Numbered from the stretch's first letter, positions 17,031 to 27,140 are shown. The stretch: 57,928 bases of DNA from a virus (IMGVR_UViG_3300038312_000096:1-57928); one strand, 5' to 3'. The notes: generated from the sequence alone by a model not told the origin. Numbers and translations are program-made.

Positions 17031-17213
17031 ATGGATAAAATCACCATGATAGCTTCACTCCCACCTATCCAATCAGCAGTCAACCTAGACGGACAAGAGG
17101 GTAATGCAAGAATTAAGTTAGACGTTCCTCAGTCGGAGCTACCACAAGTTATAAGATTGATGCTGTACAGAGGGCAGGCTTTCAGAGTAACTATAGAACC
17201 ATTGGAGGCGTAG
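17031..17213 (+). CDS. Hypothetical protein
   Basis: GAGGAGG RBS. Confidence 0.65.
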   Translation: MDKITMIASLPPIQSAVNLDGQEGNARIKLDVPQSELPQVIRLMLYRGQAFRVTIEPLEA

Positions 17214-17383
17214 AGGTGGGCATAGCGAGAATATTTTGGTCAATTTATTTTGTTGCTCATTTGCTTTGCCTTAATGAACACAAAAGTGCAAGCGAAAATA
17301 TCAAACATGGAATTTGGGCGATTATAAGTTTAATTATGCTTATTATAAATAGACGCTTGTAATAGAACCATGGGAGGGTTAAC

Positions 17384-17644
17384 ATGAATTACTTAACAAT
17401 AATCACTACTGTTTTAGTCCTAACACAGATTATCAGATTAATACAGAACGCAATTAGTTTAAGAAAGATGCAACAGTTCAATGAAAAAGATGTCGATGTC
17501 CAAGAGATGTGGGAAGAACTAACATACGCACTACACCGCTTTTCAGACACAGTTGAGAAGTGGTACGGAGAAGATGACGAGTTGGAGAACGAAATCGATT
17601 GTAACGGTGGAGATTTATGTGGGTGCGAGGACTGCGACGGATAA
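17384..17644 (+). CDS. Small membrane protein
   Basis: Hydrophobic N-terminus; RBS. Confidence 0.6.
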   Translation: MNYLTIITTVLVLTQIIRLIQNAISLRKMQQFNEKDVDVQEMWEELTYALHRFSDTVEKWYGEDDELENEIDCNGGDLCGCEDCDG

Positions 17645-17650
17645 TAACTA

Positions 17651-17674
17651 GCCCTTCTTCGGAGGGGCTTTTTT
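17651..17674 (+). terminator. Intrinsic terminator before terS
   Basis: GCCCTTC-ttcg-GAGGGGC followed by T6. Confidence 0.8.
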
Positions 17675-17687
17675 GGGAGGTGATCGA

Positions 17688-18179
17688 ATGGCTCGACCAA
17701 GTCTATACGAGACAGAGTGGAAGGAAAAGCTAGTGGTCATTCAAGGTTGGGCTAGAGATGGCCTCACGAATGAACAGATATCTCATAACATGGGGATAAG
17801 CGCAACAACTCTCTACGACTGGCAGAACAAGTACCCTGAGTTTTCTGAGGCCTTAAAAAAGGGCAAAGAGGTTGTTGACAGAGAGGTCGAGAACGCCCTT
17901 CTTGATAACGCCAAAGGCTACTATTACACAGAAGAACAAGCAATCAAGGTCAAGTCCTCTTGGTATGTTGACGGCAAGAAGCACGAGAAGGAAGAAGTGA
18001 ATGTGGTGGAGGTGCGCAGGTTCAAGCCCTCTGATACTACTGCACAGATCTTCTGGCTCAAGAATCGTAAGCCTAGCGAGTGGAGAGACAAACAAGACGT
18101 AGACATCCAAGGCAACATTAACAACCCTTTCGCTGGACTTACTACAGAAGAACTAAAGAAGTTGGTTGAAAGTGAATAA
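17688..18179 (+). CDS. terS: Terminase small subunit
   Basis: HTH WARDGLTNEQI; PSDTTAQIFWLKNR..EWRDK; precedes terL. Confidence 0.85.
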   Translation: MARPSLYETEWKEKLVVIQGWARDGLTNEQISHNMGISATTLYDWQNKYPEFSEALKKGKEVVDREVENALLDNAKGYYYTEEQAIKVKSSWYVDGKKHEKEEVNVVEVRRFKPSDTTAQIFWLKNRKPSEWRDKQDVDIQGNINNPFAGLTTEELKKLVESE

Positions 18180-19587
18180 GCTGATTAAAGCCCACGCTCT
18201 CGCAGAACTTGCTAGACGAGACTTCTTTTATTTCTGCCAAGCCCTAGCACCAGACTTCTATAAGAGCGACAGAGAATACCTAAAAAAGCTATGTAGTGAG
18301 ATGCAAGACTTCTACTTCTCAAACGATGATGTCTTAGTAATCAACATGCCACCAAGACATGGCAAATCAAGAACAGCTTCTCTGTTTGCCGATTGGGTGT
18401 TCGGCAAGAACAAAGAAGAAAAGGTAATGACTGGTTCTTACAATGAAACTCTCTCGACCACCTTCTCTAAGAGTGTCCGAGATACAATCCAACAGATTAA
18501 AGCTGACCCCGAGAAGATAGTGTACTCTGACGTCTTTCCTGGTGTGTGTATCAAAAAAGGTGATGGAGCCATGAACTTGTGGAGTTTAGAAGGTGGGTTC
18601 AACAACTACTTAGCGACTTCTCCAACAGGCACAGCCACAGGGTTTGGTTGTTCTCTCATGGTTATTGATGACCTTATCAAGAACAGCGAAGAAGCTTACA
18701 ACGATGACACACTAGAGAAACACTGGAACTGGTTTACAAACACAATGCTTTCTCGTCTTGAAGAAGGCGGGAAGATAATCATAATTATGACGAGGTGGGC
18801 AACTAAAGACCTAGCAGGGAGAGCGTTAGACCACTTCAAAGAAGAGCGCAAAAAGACTAGACATATCACAATGAAGGCTCTTCAAGATGACGGGACCATG
18901 CTTTGCGGAGAGATACTTAGCAAAGAAAGCTATGACATGAAAGTAAGGGCTATGGGGGTGGACATCGCTTCTGCCAACTACCAGCAGATACCTATCGACG
19001 TCAAAGGGCGTCTCTACAGCACGTTCAAGACTTACGAAGATGTACCTAGAGACCAGAACGGCAACCCTCTCTTCACTCACACTGGAGCTTATATCGATAC
19101 AGCAGACGAAGGGGACGACTTCCTAAGCGGCGCGGTGTACGGAGAGTACAACGGCGAAGCATACATCTTAGACATCATATATACCAAAGACCCAATGGAA
19201 GTAACGGAGCCAGACACAGCTAAGATGCTATATGAGAATAATGTCAACATCGCTGATATAGAGAGCAACAACGGAGGCAGAGGGTTCGCAAGAGCAGTCG
19301 AGAGGATTCTAAGAGAACGATATGGTAGCAACAGGACTGTGATTCGGTGGTTTCACCAGTCAAAGAATAAGAAAGCCAGGATACTTTCTAATGCCACTTG
19401 GGTAATGGAACACATTTACTTCCCTGTGAACTGGCGAGATAGATGGCCAGATTACTACAGGGATATGAACACGTATCAAAGAGAAGGAAAGAACAAGCAC
19501 GACGACGCACCAGACGTGACTACAGGCATAGCTGAGAACTTAACTAAACCAAAGGCAAGGATTCTACAGAAACCGAAGGGGTTCTAG
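18166..19587 (+). CDS. terL: Terminase large subunit
   Basis: MPPRHGKS, VIDD, MTRW, IESNNGG, HDDAPD. Confidence 0.95.
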   Translation: MKVNKLIKAHALAELARRDFFYFCQALAPDFYKSDREYLKKLCSEMQDFYFSNDDVLVINMPPRHGKSRTASLFADWVFGKNKEEKVMTGSYNETLSTTFSKSVRDTIQQIKADPEKIVYSDVFPGVCIKKGDGAMNLWSLEGGFNNYLATSPTGTATGFGCSLMVIDDLIKNSEEAYNDDTLEKHWNWFTNTMLSRLEEGGKIIIIMTRWATKDLAGRALDHFKEERKKTRHITMKALQDDGTMLCGEILSKESYDMKVRAMGVDIASANYQQIPIDVKGRLYSTFKTYEDVPRDQNGNPLFTHTGAYIDTADEGDDFLSGAVYGEYNGEAYILDIIYTKDPMEVTEPDTAKMLYENNVNIADIESNNGGRGFARAVERILRERYGSNRTVIRWFHQSKNKKARILSNATWVMEHIYFPVNWRDRWPDYYRDMNTYQREGKNKHDDAPDVTTGIAENLTKPKARILQKPKGF

Positions 19588-19777
19588 CAGGGAAAACACT
19601 CCTAAACACCACAAAAACGCACTCTAAGCACTCACACGTGTTATTCTTCGTCTTAAAGTATTAGAAAGCGTTATAACGTCAATAAAGGAACCTTCTTTTT
19701 AAGGGGCTTCTTTATTTCTTCGTATAAGATAAGTTATGTTAATTATTAACAGAAAGTTAACATTTGGAGGTGAAAAA

Positions 19778-21184
19778 GTGATACCAGAAGACATTGCTTT
19801 CCTTCAGCCCGGCTCTCTTTGGCCTCCCTCAGATTCCACCGAGCGACTGAAGCAGTATGACGACCATCTAAAGTTGTTCAAAGGCAGGCATGGCGAGATA
19901 GAAGGGTTTAGAGAAGCTTTTAGTCTCCTAAAACGTGATGACGACTCTATTATTGAACTTATAGTCAACTTCCCCAAAGCCCTTTCTTCCCTCTACGCTG
20001 ACCTACTGACAGGGGAAGCACCTAGGTTTAACTCTGCTGACGAGGATTCGCAGGAGTGGCTAGATGCCTTCGTAGATTCTCACAAACTTCAACAAAAAAT
20101 ATATACAGGAGCATTGGCTCAATCATATAGGGGGGAAACGATTCTCAAACTTCGCTTAGTCGATGGGAGGGCGAAACTCTCTCTAGTGCCTGCAAGTTAT
20201 TGGTTTCCTATCCTAGACCCGAACGAGGTCACGGAAGCTTTAGGTCATGTTATAGCCTGGACTATGCAAGTAGGCGACAAAGACTATCTAAGAGCAGAGA
20301 TACACTTCCCTGGGAGCGTACATCAAAGAGTTTACTCGCTGAAGGGTGGAATAATTGACAGCTCGGTCGACTTAAAAGACCTTAATATCGACTTAGAACC
20401 AGACCAAGCCACAGGTGTTGAAGATGTCCTTTTAGCAGTAGTTCCTAACTTAGAGTTAGACGATTCAATATTCGGAGTAGATGATTATGCCGATGTCGAC
20501 ACTTTGTTCCAACAACTCGACCTAAGGCTCGCACAAATAGCCAAGGTCCTAGACAAACACACTTCACCCGGTATGTATGGACCAGACAGTAATATGTTCA
20601 CCGATACAGATGGATCATCTTACGCACGCACAGACGCTTACATCACTGTACCACCAGGAGAGCAACCTCCTGCTTACTTGACATGGGACGCACAACTCGA
20701 AGCTAACTGGAAGTATTTGGAGCAAATATATGATGCGTTATTTATCGTCACAGGTACGAATAAAGCTGCGTTCGGGCTCTTAGACGGAACTAACGCTTTA
20801 AGTGGTGCAGCACTGAAGAAAGTCTTGATGCGTACTCTAGCAAGAACTTCAGTCAAGCGAAACTACTGGGATTCTGCCTTAAAGTATATTATTCCTCTTG
20901 CGGCAAGACTTGAGAAGGCGAACGGTGGAAGTGGCAAAGACTTCTGGCTCGATATTGAATGGCAAGACGGTCTACCGAACGATCCTTTAGAAGATGCACA
21001 AGTCGAGAACATCCGAACAGGTGGCAAAGCTACTTCGAGTGTGAAGTCGGCTATTCGTAGACTTGATGGTGGATCAGACGAGTCTATCGAAAACGAACTG
21101 GCAGACATCGAAGCAGAAGAAGGTCAAGCAACAATGACGCAAACACCTTTCAACTTTTTAGGTGATGACGATGAACAAGATTGA
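19778..21184 (+). CDS. Portal protein (SPP1/A118-like)
   Basis: Position and size; YLTWDAQ, SGAALK, IEWQDGLP; GGAGGTG RBS before GTG. Confidence 0.88.
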   Translation: MIPEDIAFLQPGSLWPPSDSTERLKQYDDHLKLFKGRHGEIEGFREAFSLLKRDDDSIIELIVNFPKALSSLYADLLTGEAPRFNSADEDSQEWLDAFVDSHKLQQKIYTGALAQSYRGETILKLRLVDGRAKLSLVPASYWFPILDPNEVTEALGHVIAWTMQVGDKDYLRAEIHFPGSVHQRVYSLKGGIIDSSVDLKDLNIDLEPDQATGVEDVLLAVVPNLELDDSIFGVDDYADVDTLFQQLDLRLAQIAKVLDKHTSPGMYGPDSNMFTDTDGSSYARTDAYITVPPGEQPPAYLTWDAQLEANWKYLEQIYDALFIVTGTNKAAFGLLDGTNALSGAALKKVLMRTLARTSVKRNYWDSALKYIIPLAARLEKANGGSGKDFWLDIEWQDGLPNDPLEDAQVENIRTGGKATSSVKSAIRRLDGGSDESIENELADIEAEEGQATMTQTPFNFLGDDDEQD

Positions 21185-22253
21185 GTTAGCAACAGAACAA
21201 CTACTCGCGATTTACAGGCAAGCGTCACAGGAACTCTTACTAAAAGCAGTCGAAGCTTCGGCCAGAAATGCAAAAGGAAGTGCAGCCTACTATCGCTCAC
21301 TGTGGGCGCAGGTAGAAGATAAAATACGCACCCTCGACATGGCAGTCGGTTCCTATTCTAAACAAGTAATCCCTCTGGCGTACTCTTACGGAGTGAATGA
21401 AGCTGTTAAAGGTCTACTTCACTTAGGGATTAGGGCTAAGGGATATGACGCTTTTCAGAAGCTACATGAATCCTCCATCAAGATTCTAGCCGAGAACCTA
21501 AACGACAACCTTACAGAAGCCAATCACTTGATGGGTAGACGCATAAAAGACGAATGGCGAAGGGCGCAACTTGAAGCTATCACTCGCAAACAAGCTACTG
21601 GCGAAACTTGGAAGCAGACTCAAAAGTCCTTCACTGAACAAGTGGCAGAGAAAGGGTTAGGGAGTTTCAAAGACTCCATGGGGAGAGTTTGGCAGATAGA
21701 TAGCTACGCTGAGATGGTGTCAAGGAGCGTCACAAGAGAAGCTACCAACAGTGGTCTGATGGCACAGCTCACCTCTCTAGGGTATGACCTTGTACAAATG
21801 TCTTCTCACTCCTCACCTTGCCCAATCTGCGCACCTCTCGAAGGGAGAGTGTACTCGATAAGTGGTGAGAGCAAAGACTACCCAAAGCTAGATAAGGCGT
21901 TTGGGGAGTACGCGAATATCCACCCTTACTGCAAACACGTACTGCTTCCCTATGTGCCAGAGCTCGACGAGAACGTCAAACAAACCAAAGAGCTCTCCAA
22001 CCGACCCTTTGACATTGACCCACGCACCAAGAATAAGATCAACGTCTATAACGCCAAACAGACTGCTGCGAGATGGCAGAGAGCGACCGAAAAGCAGTGG
22101 TGGCAGTATAAACAAAGGCTAGGTGACGTGCCTAGTTTGAAGAAGTTCGCCGAGATGAAAAAAGCCGACAACGAACAATATAAGCAACTGCAAGCACGTT
22201 ATAAAAGTGCTGGCACGTACCAGAAGCAGGCAGCGAGCGCCAAGGAGGTGTAA
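21171..22253 (+). CDS. Minor capsid/head morphogenesis protein
   Basis: GRVW.IDSYAEMV.R; SSH..PCPIC.P.EG; HPYCKH. Confidence 0.85.
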   Translation: MNKIELATEQLLAIYRQASQELLLKAVEASARNAKGSAAYYRSLWAQVEDKIRTLDMAVGSYSKQVIPLAYSYGVNEAVKGLLHLGIRAKGYDAFQKLHESSIKILAENLNDNLTEANHLMGRRIKDEWRRAQLEAITRKQATGETWKQTQKSFTEQVAEKGLGSFKDSMGRVWQIDSYAEMVSRSVTREATNSGLMAQLTSLGYDLVQMSSHSSPCPICAPLEGRVYSISGESKDYPKLDKAFGEYANIHPYCKHVLLPYVPELDENVKQTKELSNRPFDIDPRTKNKINVYNAKQTAARWQRATEKQWWQYKQRLGDVPSLKKFAEMKKADNEQYKQLQARYKSAGTYQKQAASAKEV

Positions 22254-22255
22254 AA

Positions 22256-22420
22256 ATGAGGTTGACATTAAGGATGATAGGTTGGTGCTTCAAACAGCTT
22301 TTCCCTCCTTGCTATCGCTCTGAATACACGCTAAACAACAAGAAATATCTTACTACTTGGCGCATGTGGTTTGGCAAATGCTTCGATATAAAGGTTAGAG
22401 AGATCGTTATTGAGGGCTAG
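22256..22420 (+). CDS. Small hypothetical protein (54 aa; not in ORF track)
   Basis: AGGAGGTG RBS; fills the intergenic gap. Confidence 0.6.
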   Translation: MRLTLRMIGWCFKQLFPPCYRSEYTLNNKKYLTTWRMWFGKCFDIKVREIVIEG

Positions 22421-22498
22421 TTGCCCGCATGTCCGAAACGTGCTTATGACAATAAACTGCGCACGGAAAGCCGACAGGCTCTAAATGGAGGTATGAGA

Positions 22499-23065
22499 AT
22501 GAAAAAGTTTAATTTGCAGTTTTTTGCAGACCCTGACGAGGGGAACAATACGGAACCGACACCAGAGAAAACCTTTACCCAAACTGAACTCGATGCTGTG
22601 ATCTCAAAGAGGCTAGCCAGAGAACGCAAGGCATGGGAAGAGCAACTCGAGGAAGAAAAAAAGAAAGTTGCTATGACCGAAGTTGAAAAGCTTAAAGCTG
22701 AATCAGAAGCCAAGGTCAAGGAATGGCAAGAGAAGTATCAAACAGTAGCCGAAAAAGCTAAGCAGGCTGAAGTTAAGGCAGTTGCCGCTGAGCTGGGAGT
22801 CATTGACCCAGAGGCGGCATTTTTGTTGGTGCAAAACGAACTTACAGATGAAGCTGACCCCAAGGAGGTGCTGACAAAGCTACTTGAGAGTAAACCTTAT
22901 CTAAAGAAAAGAACAGACATTGGCGCACCCTCTAACCCAGGTACGCCACCCGAGGAAAACCCCTTCTTGCCAGAGACTTTCAATCTGAGTAAGCAAGGGG
23001 AAATTTTTAGACGTGACCCTGTAAAAGCAAAAGCTTTGCAAGAGCAGGCGAAAAGGAGGAAGTAG
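22499..23065 (+). CDS. Capsid scaffolding protein (DUF4355-like)
   Basis: MKKFNLQFFA leader; KTFTQTELD..ISKRL. Confidence 0.85.
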   Translation: MKKFNLQFFADPDEGNNTEPTPEKTFTQTELDAVISKRLARERKAWEEQLEEEKKKVAMTEVEKLKAESEAKVKEWQEKYQTVAEKAKQAEVKAVAAELGVIDPEAAFLLVQNELTDEADPKEVLTKLLESKPYLKKRTDIGAPSNPGTPPEENPFLPETFNLSKQGEIFRRDPVKAKALQEQAKRRK

Positions 23066-23067
23066 AT

Positions 23068-23577
23068 TTGGCATGGGCTGATATTATAGCTTACACAAAA
23101 GACGATCTCATCAAAGCCAAAGCGGAGATCGATGCTGTAATAAGCGCAATAGGAGCAAAGTTCATTGACCACCGAAGCCGCAACGGCATAATCACCGATG
23201 AGGAACACTACGCCACATTGTTTAAACAGCAAGTGCTAACTGAGAGGTCGTTAGCACTCGGTGTGGCAATATCTAACGAGACTGATCTAGCAGCCGTCAA
23301 GGCGGCAGTCGAAGGCGCCACCTACACCATGACACAAGCAGAAGCCACTGACGAAGCAGCCGTCAACGCTGTAGTTGGGTCAATCGTGCTCCAGCAAGCC
23401 CTTAAAGGGGCTACGTTCCAGGTAGTAAAGGTGTCCTACACAGCAGCCATAGCTGGTGACGCAGGCGACCCCGACGGCACAGACGGAGTTTATAAATTTA
23501 AGGTTGAGTTATCCATAATGGATAGGATAGCGGTTACATCCGAGCTGACAATGACTATAACCGCTACCCCACAATAA
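23068..23577 (+). CDS. Putative head decoration/accessory structural protein
   Basis: Between scaffold and capsid; Ala/Thr-rich; C-terminal GT.G.YKF.V.L beta motif. Confidence 0.5.
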   Translation: MAWADIIAYTKDDLIKAKAEIDAVISAIGAKFIDHRSRNGIITDEEHYATLFKQQVLTERSLALGVAISNETDLAAVKAAVEGATYTMTQAEATDEAAVNAVVGSIVLQQALKGATFQVVKVSYTAAIAGDAGDPDGTDGVYKFKVELSIMDRIAVTSELTMTITATPQ

Positions 23578-23589
23578 AGGAGAGATAAT

Positions 23590-24549
23590 ATGCCAGCAAC
23601 AAGAATTGCGGACGTAATTGTCCCGGAGGTATTTAACCCTTACGTTATCCAAAGAACTGCCGAGTTATCCGAGCTCTATCAATCTGGTATCATTCAACAC
23701 GACCCTCGCTTTGACGCCCTTGCGTCAAGTGGTGGTCGCCTTTTGAATATGCCCTATTGGAACGACTTAACAGGTGATGACGAAGTTTTATCCGACGCTG
23801 CGCCTCTGCAGGTCGAGAACATCACAGCAGGCCAAGACGTCGCAGCCCTTTTAATGCGCGGTAAAGCTTGGGGCGTCAATGACCTTGCCAAGGCTTTGTC
23901 TGGCGACGATCCGATGGCAGCTATTGGCACTCTAGTCGCTGACTATTGGGCGAGAAGGATGCAAGATGTCCTGCTTGCTACTTTAGCGGGTGTATTTGCT
24001 GACGCGAACATGGCAGATAACACTCTCGACATTTCGGCAGTAGCTAACGCTGACGCAATTAACGCTTCTACATTCGCTGATGCTCAACAACTCTTAGGCG
24101 ATGTTAAGGATCGTCTAACAGGTGTAATGATGCACTCTGCGACCGAAACATCGCTCATCAAGCAAGGTCTTCTCACTCAAGAACTCGAGTCAATTAACGG
24201 ACAGAGCGTAAGAGTCAAGAGATTCAACGGCAAGCGAGTGATCGTTGACGATCGTTGCCCTGCAGCTAATGACATCTATACAACTTATTTGTTTGGCGAA
24301 GGTGCTATAGCATACGGAAATGGTCAACCTCCTGTGCCTACCGAAGCAGGCAGAAACGTCCTTCAGGGCGAGGACATCCTCGTCAATCGCAAGCACTTCC
24401 TATTGCACCCACGCGGAGTAGCTTTCCAAGACGCATCCGTAGTCGGTTCTTCGCCAACTAACGCCGAGTTAGCCAATGGTCTAAATTGGGGCAGGGTCTA
24501 CGAGAACAAGAATATCCGTATCGTATCCTTTGTACACAAAATAGCCTAG
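23590..24549 (+). CDS. Major capsid protein
   Basis: TRIADVIVPEVFNPYV, DPMAAIG, MHSAT, VIVDD, LHPRG. Confidence 0.92.
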   Translation: MPATRIADVIVPEVFNPYVIQRTAELSELYQSGIIQHDPRFDALASSGGRLLNMPYWNDLTGDDEVLSDAAPLQVENITAGQDVAALLMRGKAWGVNDLAKALSGDDPMAAIGTLVADYWARRMQDVLLATLAGVFADANMADNTLDISAVANADAINASTFADAQQLLGDVKDRLTGVMMHSATETSLIKQGLLTQELESINGQSVRVKRFNGKRVIVDDRCPAANDIYTTYLFGEGAIAYGNGQPPVPTEAGRNVLQGEDILVNRKHFLLHPRGVAFQDASVVGSSPTNAELANGLNWGRVYENKNIRIVSFVHKIA

Positions 24550-24582
24550 GGGGGTTAACTCCCCCTTATGGGGGGTGATCGT

Positions 24583-24666
24583 ATCATAGTCCACGATATA
24601 ACAGGCTTCAACCCTAAGCCAAAGCCACAACCTAAAAAGAAAAAGAAAAAGGGTGAGAAGAAATGA
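24583..24666 (+). CDS. Tiny Lys-rich peptide after the capsid gene (start ATC 24583 or ATG 24568)
   Basis: Open frame ending in ATGA overlap; GGGGGTG RBS. Confidence 0.4.
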   Translation: MIVHDITGFNPKPKPQPKKKKKKGEKK

Positions 24667-25067
24667 GATACCTTACCCTGGTTGAAGCTGAGGCTTACTT
24701 TTCCTCTCGCCTACACGCCGAATCATGGAGTGAAGCGAGCGAACTTGACAAAGAGAGAGCTTTAGAAACAGCTACTAGACGAATCGACTCAATGAGGTTT
24801 GCAGGCCGCAAACTCGATCCTAACCAAGAGAACGCATGGCCGAGGAACGTCTTTGATGGCATTCCTCCCCTGGTTAAGCACGCAGTCTGCGAAGAAGCCC
24901 TCTCTCTTTTAGGTGCAGAGGAAGATCGTAAAGGTGTTGTGTCGGTGAGGATTGGTGATGCTGGGGAATCTTACGACGCTATAACAGTAAGGCAAAACCA
25001 GAAGCTTTCTCAGTCTGCAAGGGGATTGCTCGAACCTTTCTTAGCGAAGGTGGTGCCTTTCCGATGA
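24663..25067 (+). CDS. Head-tail adaptor
   Basis: YLTL.EA..YF..R; AL..ATRRID; WPR; VK.A.CE.AL. Confidence 0.75.
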   Translation: MRYLTLVEAEAYFSSRLHAESWSEASELDKERALETATRRIDSMRFAGRKLDPNQENAWPRNVFDGIPPLVKHAVCEEALSLLGAEEDRKGVVSVRIGDAGESYDAITVRQNQKLSQSARGLLEPFLAKVVPFR

Positions 25068-25354
25068 AGCTACGACTAAAGCAGAAGTGTAACTATTATC
25101 CTGCTGTTTCAGACGGTTGGGGAGGCTACACTCAAGGGGAGCCAATCGAAATACCTTGCAGATGGGTAGACAGGCAGAGGCTTATTCGTTCTAAGACTGG
25201 CGAGGAAAAGATGTCTAAAAGCGAAGTCCACACCGAGTACCCTATTGAGATAACAGGCTTTCTCTCTCAAGATGGCACACCAGAGGACATTATGGCAGTT
25301 GATACTCTAGTCGACCTAAACGGCAAGATAGTAGGATACAAGGCATGGCTGTAG
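25064..25354 (+). CDS. Head closure/stopper protein
   Basis: Synteny and size. Confidence 0.65.
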   Translation: MKLRLKQKCNYYPAVSDGWGGYTQGEPIEIPCRWVDRQRLIRSKTGEEKMSKSEVHTEYPIEITGFLSQDGTPEDIMAVDTLVDLNGKIVGYKAWL

Positions 25355-25722
25355 GTAGTTATAAGCTAGAAGGGTTGGCACAAGTACAACGCAAGATGAA
25401 CCAAGCGATCAAAGACATAGCTAAGAAAAATGAACAATCTATCAAAGATGTCTGCCTTGATTTGCTCGGAAAGTCTAAGCAACTCGCACCTTTAGACACT
25501 GGCGAACTGCGAGCGAGTGGCTATACAACCTTCGAGAAGACGCAAGATGGTTTTGTGGGCGAGGTTGGCTTTGGCGAGATTTACGCTGCTGTCCAACACG
25601 AAGAACTCGAATACCAACACACCGACGGTGAAGCGAAGTACCTGGAAAAGCCTTTCAAAGAAAATGCCAGTAAGTACGCTTTGCACATCGCCGAAAAATC
25701 CAAGGTAGGGGGTGGCTCATGA
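25345..25722 (+). CDS. HK97 gp10-like neck protein
   Basis: APLDTGELRAS; YAAVQHE; AKYLEKP. Confidence 0.8.
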   Translation: MAVGSYKLEGLAQVQRKMNQAIKDIAKKNEQSIKDVCLDLLGKSKQLAPLDTGELRASGYTTFEKTQDGFVGEVGFGEIYAAVQHEELEYQHTDGEAKYLEKPFKENASKYALHIAEKSKVGGGS

Positions 25723-26090
25723 GTACGGCTAAATACATTGCCGATCTTTTAATCGCAAAGGGCTATGGGTCATGGGTTGCCTCTAGTGGGTGGAGTATCA
25801 ACGTTGGAAAGGAACCAGACGCACCCGACACAACAATAACTATCTATGACACTGGGGGCTTCTCGCCTGCTTACAATTCTTGCGAGTACCCTACTATTCA
25901 GATTAGAGTACGTGGCAAGCCTTACCCTGTAGGATATGACAAGCTGAGAGAGATTAGAGACTACCTTATTAATTACGAGGGTGCTAATTATCAGATTGAT
26001 TTAATGGGCGATATTCTTCATCTTGCAACAGATGAGCGAGGTCGCTCTATTTTTGTATGCAATTTCCAAGTTTATAAAGGAGTGATTTAA
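25719..26090 (+). CDS. Tail terminator/completion protein
   Basis: IYDTGG..P.IQIRVRG..DERGR...CNF. Confidence 0.7.
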   Translation: MSTAKYIADLLIAKGYGSWVASSGWSINVGKEPDAPDTTITIYDTGGFSPAYNSCEYPTIQIRVRGKPYPVGYDKLREIRDYLINYEGANYQIDLMGDILHLATDERGRSIFVCNFQVYKGVI

Positions 26091-26518
26091 TGGCAGGACA
26101 GAAAAGAGGTCGCATTGCGGCTCTCTATATCGACACTGGCACAACTACACCAACCTGGACAAAGTTAGGCGGTAGACTAGACGCTACTTTCACTATCGCA
26201 ACCGACACTATCGAAGCAACAAACGCCGACTCTGGTCGCTGGAAAGAATATATCGAAGGTGATACTTCTGGAACAATTAACGGCTCTTTCCACTATTTGC
26301 CAGACGACGATGGGCAGACTGCCTTAATGGCAGCTAAAATTGCTGGCGAGTCCGTTTCTGTGCAGTGGGTTCCTGTTGATGAAGCTTCTGGCAAAACTTA
26401 CACTGCTGAAGCTATTATTACAAGCCTAGCACAAGCTGCACCCCAAGGCGATTTACAGAATACATCCTTTGACCTACAGCTTTCTGGTGCGATTACAGAG
26501 GGTACAAAAACTGCTTAA
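26090..26518 (+). CDS. Major tail tube protein
   Basis: IEATNADS..WKEYI.G..SG; SFDLQLSG. Confidence 0.85.
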   Translation: MAGQKRGRIAALYIDTGTTTPTWTKLGGRLDATFTIATDTIEATNADSGRWKEYIEGDTSGTINGSFHYLPDDDGQTALMAAKIAGESVSVQWVPVDEASGKTYTAEAIITSLAQAAPQGDLQNTSFDLQLSGAITEGTKTA

Positions 26519-26532
26519 TGGAGGGGTTTTAG

Positions 26533-26853
26533 GTGGCTAGAATTGCAAAAACGTCTGTAACTGTGGGGGGAGAGGAATTAATCCTCTCTCTCAATTTTAA
26601 TATCATGTGTGACATTGAGGAACATTTTGGGAAATCTTTATCTGCTATCTTTGCCAATGAAGAAACGGTTGGGCTAAAGGTTATCAGGGATTTAATCTAT
26701 CTTACAGCGAAGAAATTACACAAAGACATGACACCAGAAAAAATTGGCGACCTCATGGAGATTGAGGAAATCACAGACTACACCGAAGCAATCGTGAAGC
26801 TGATTACGCTTTTCAATGGTGAACCAAAAAACGTCAAAGAGGGGGAGGAGTAG
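26533..26853 (+). CDS. Tail assembly chaperone (gpG)
   Basis: Between tube and tape measure genes; slippery site near the 3' end. Confidence 0.85.
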   Translation: MARIAKTSVTVGGEELILSLNFNIMCDIEEHFGKSLSAIFANEETVGLKVIRDLIYLTAKKLHKDMTPEKIGDLMEIEEITDYTEAIVKLITLFNGEPKNVKEGEE

Positions 26854-27140
26854 ACCCTTCCCCTCTTACTAACTGGTCGTCTTTGTTGGCTACAGCGTAC
26901 GAGATGGGTATACCTGCGGGTGAGTTCTGGGAGATGACGATGTGGGAGTTTGACGCTTGTCTTGATGGCTACACACAGCGAAAAAAATCATTTCTATATG
27001 ATTTGTTGACTGCTGCTTGTGTTGTCGCTAACAAAATCCCCAACTTTAGCGACCAACCTTCACAATTATTGACACCAGACCGCCTGCTCGGCCTCGAACC
27101 AGATTATAGAGAAATAGAAAGTTTAGACGACTTAGAATAG
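26826..27140 (+). CDS. Tail chaperone gpGT extension via -1 frameshift
   Basis: A AAA AAC at 26826-26832 followed by a strong hairpin; the -1 frame is open into EFWEMT.WEF. Confidence 0.85.
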   Translation, partial: KKRQRGGGVDPSPLTNWSSLLATAYEMGIPAGEFWEMTMWEFDACLDGYTQRKKSFLYDLLTAACVVANKIPNFSDQPSQLLTPDRLLGLEPDYREIESLDDLE

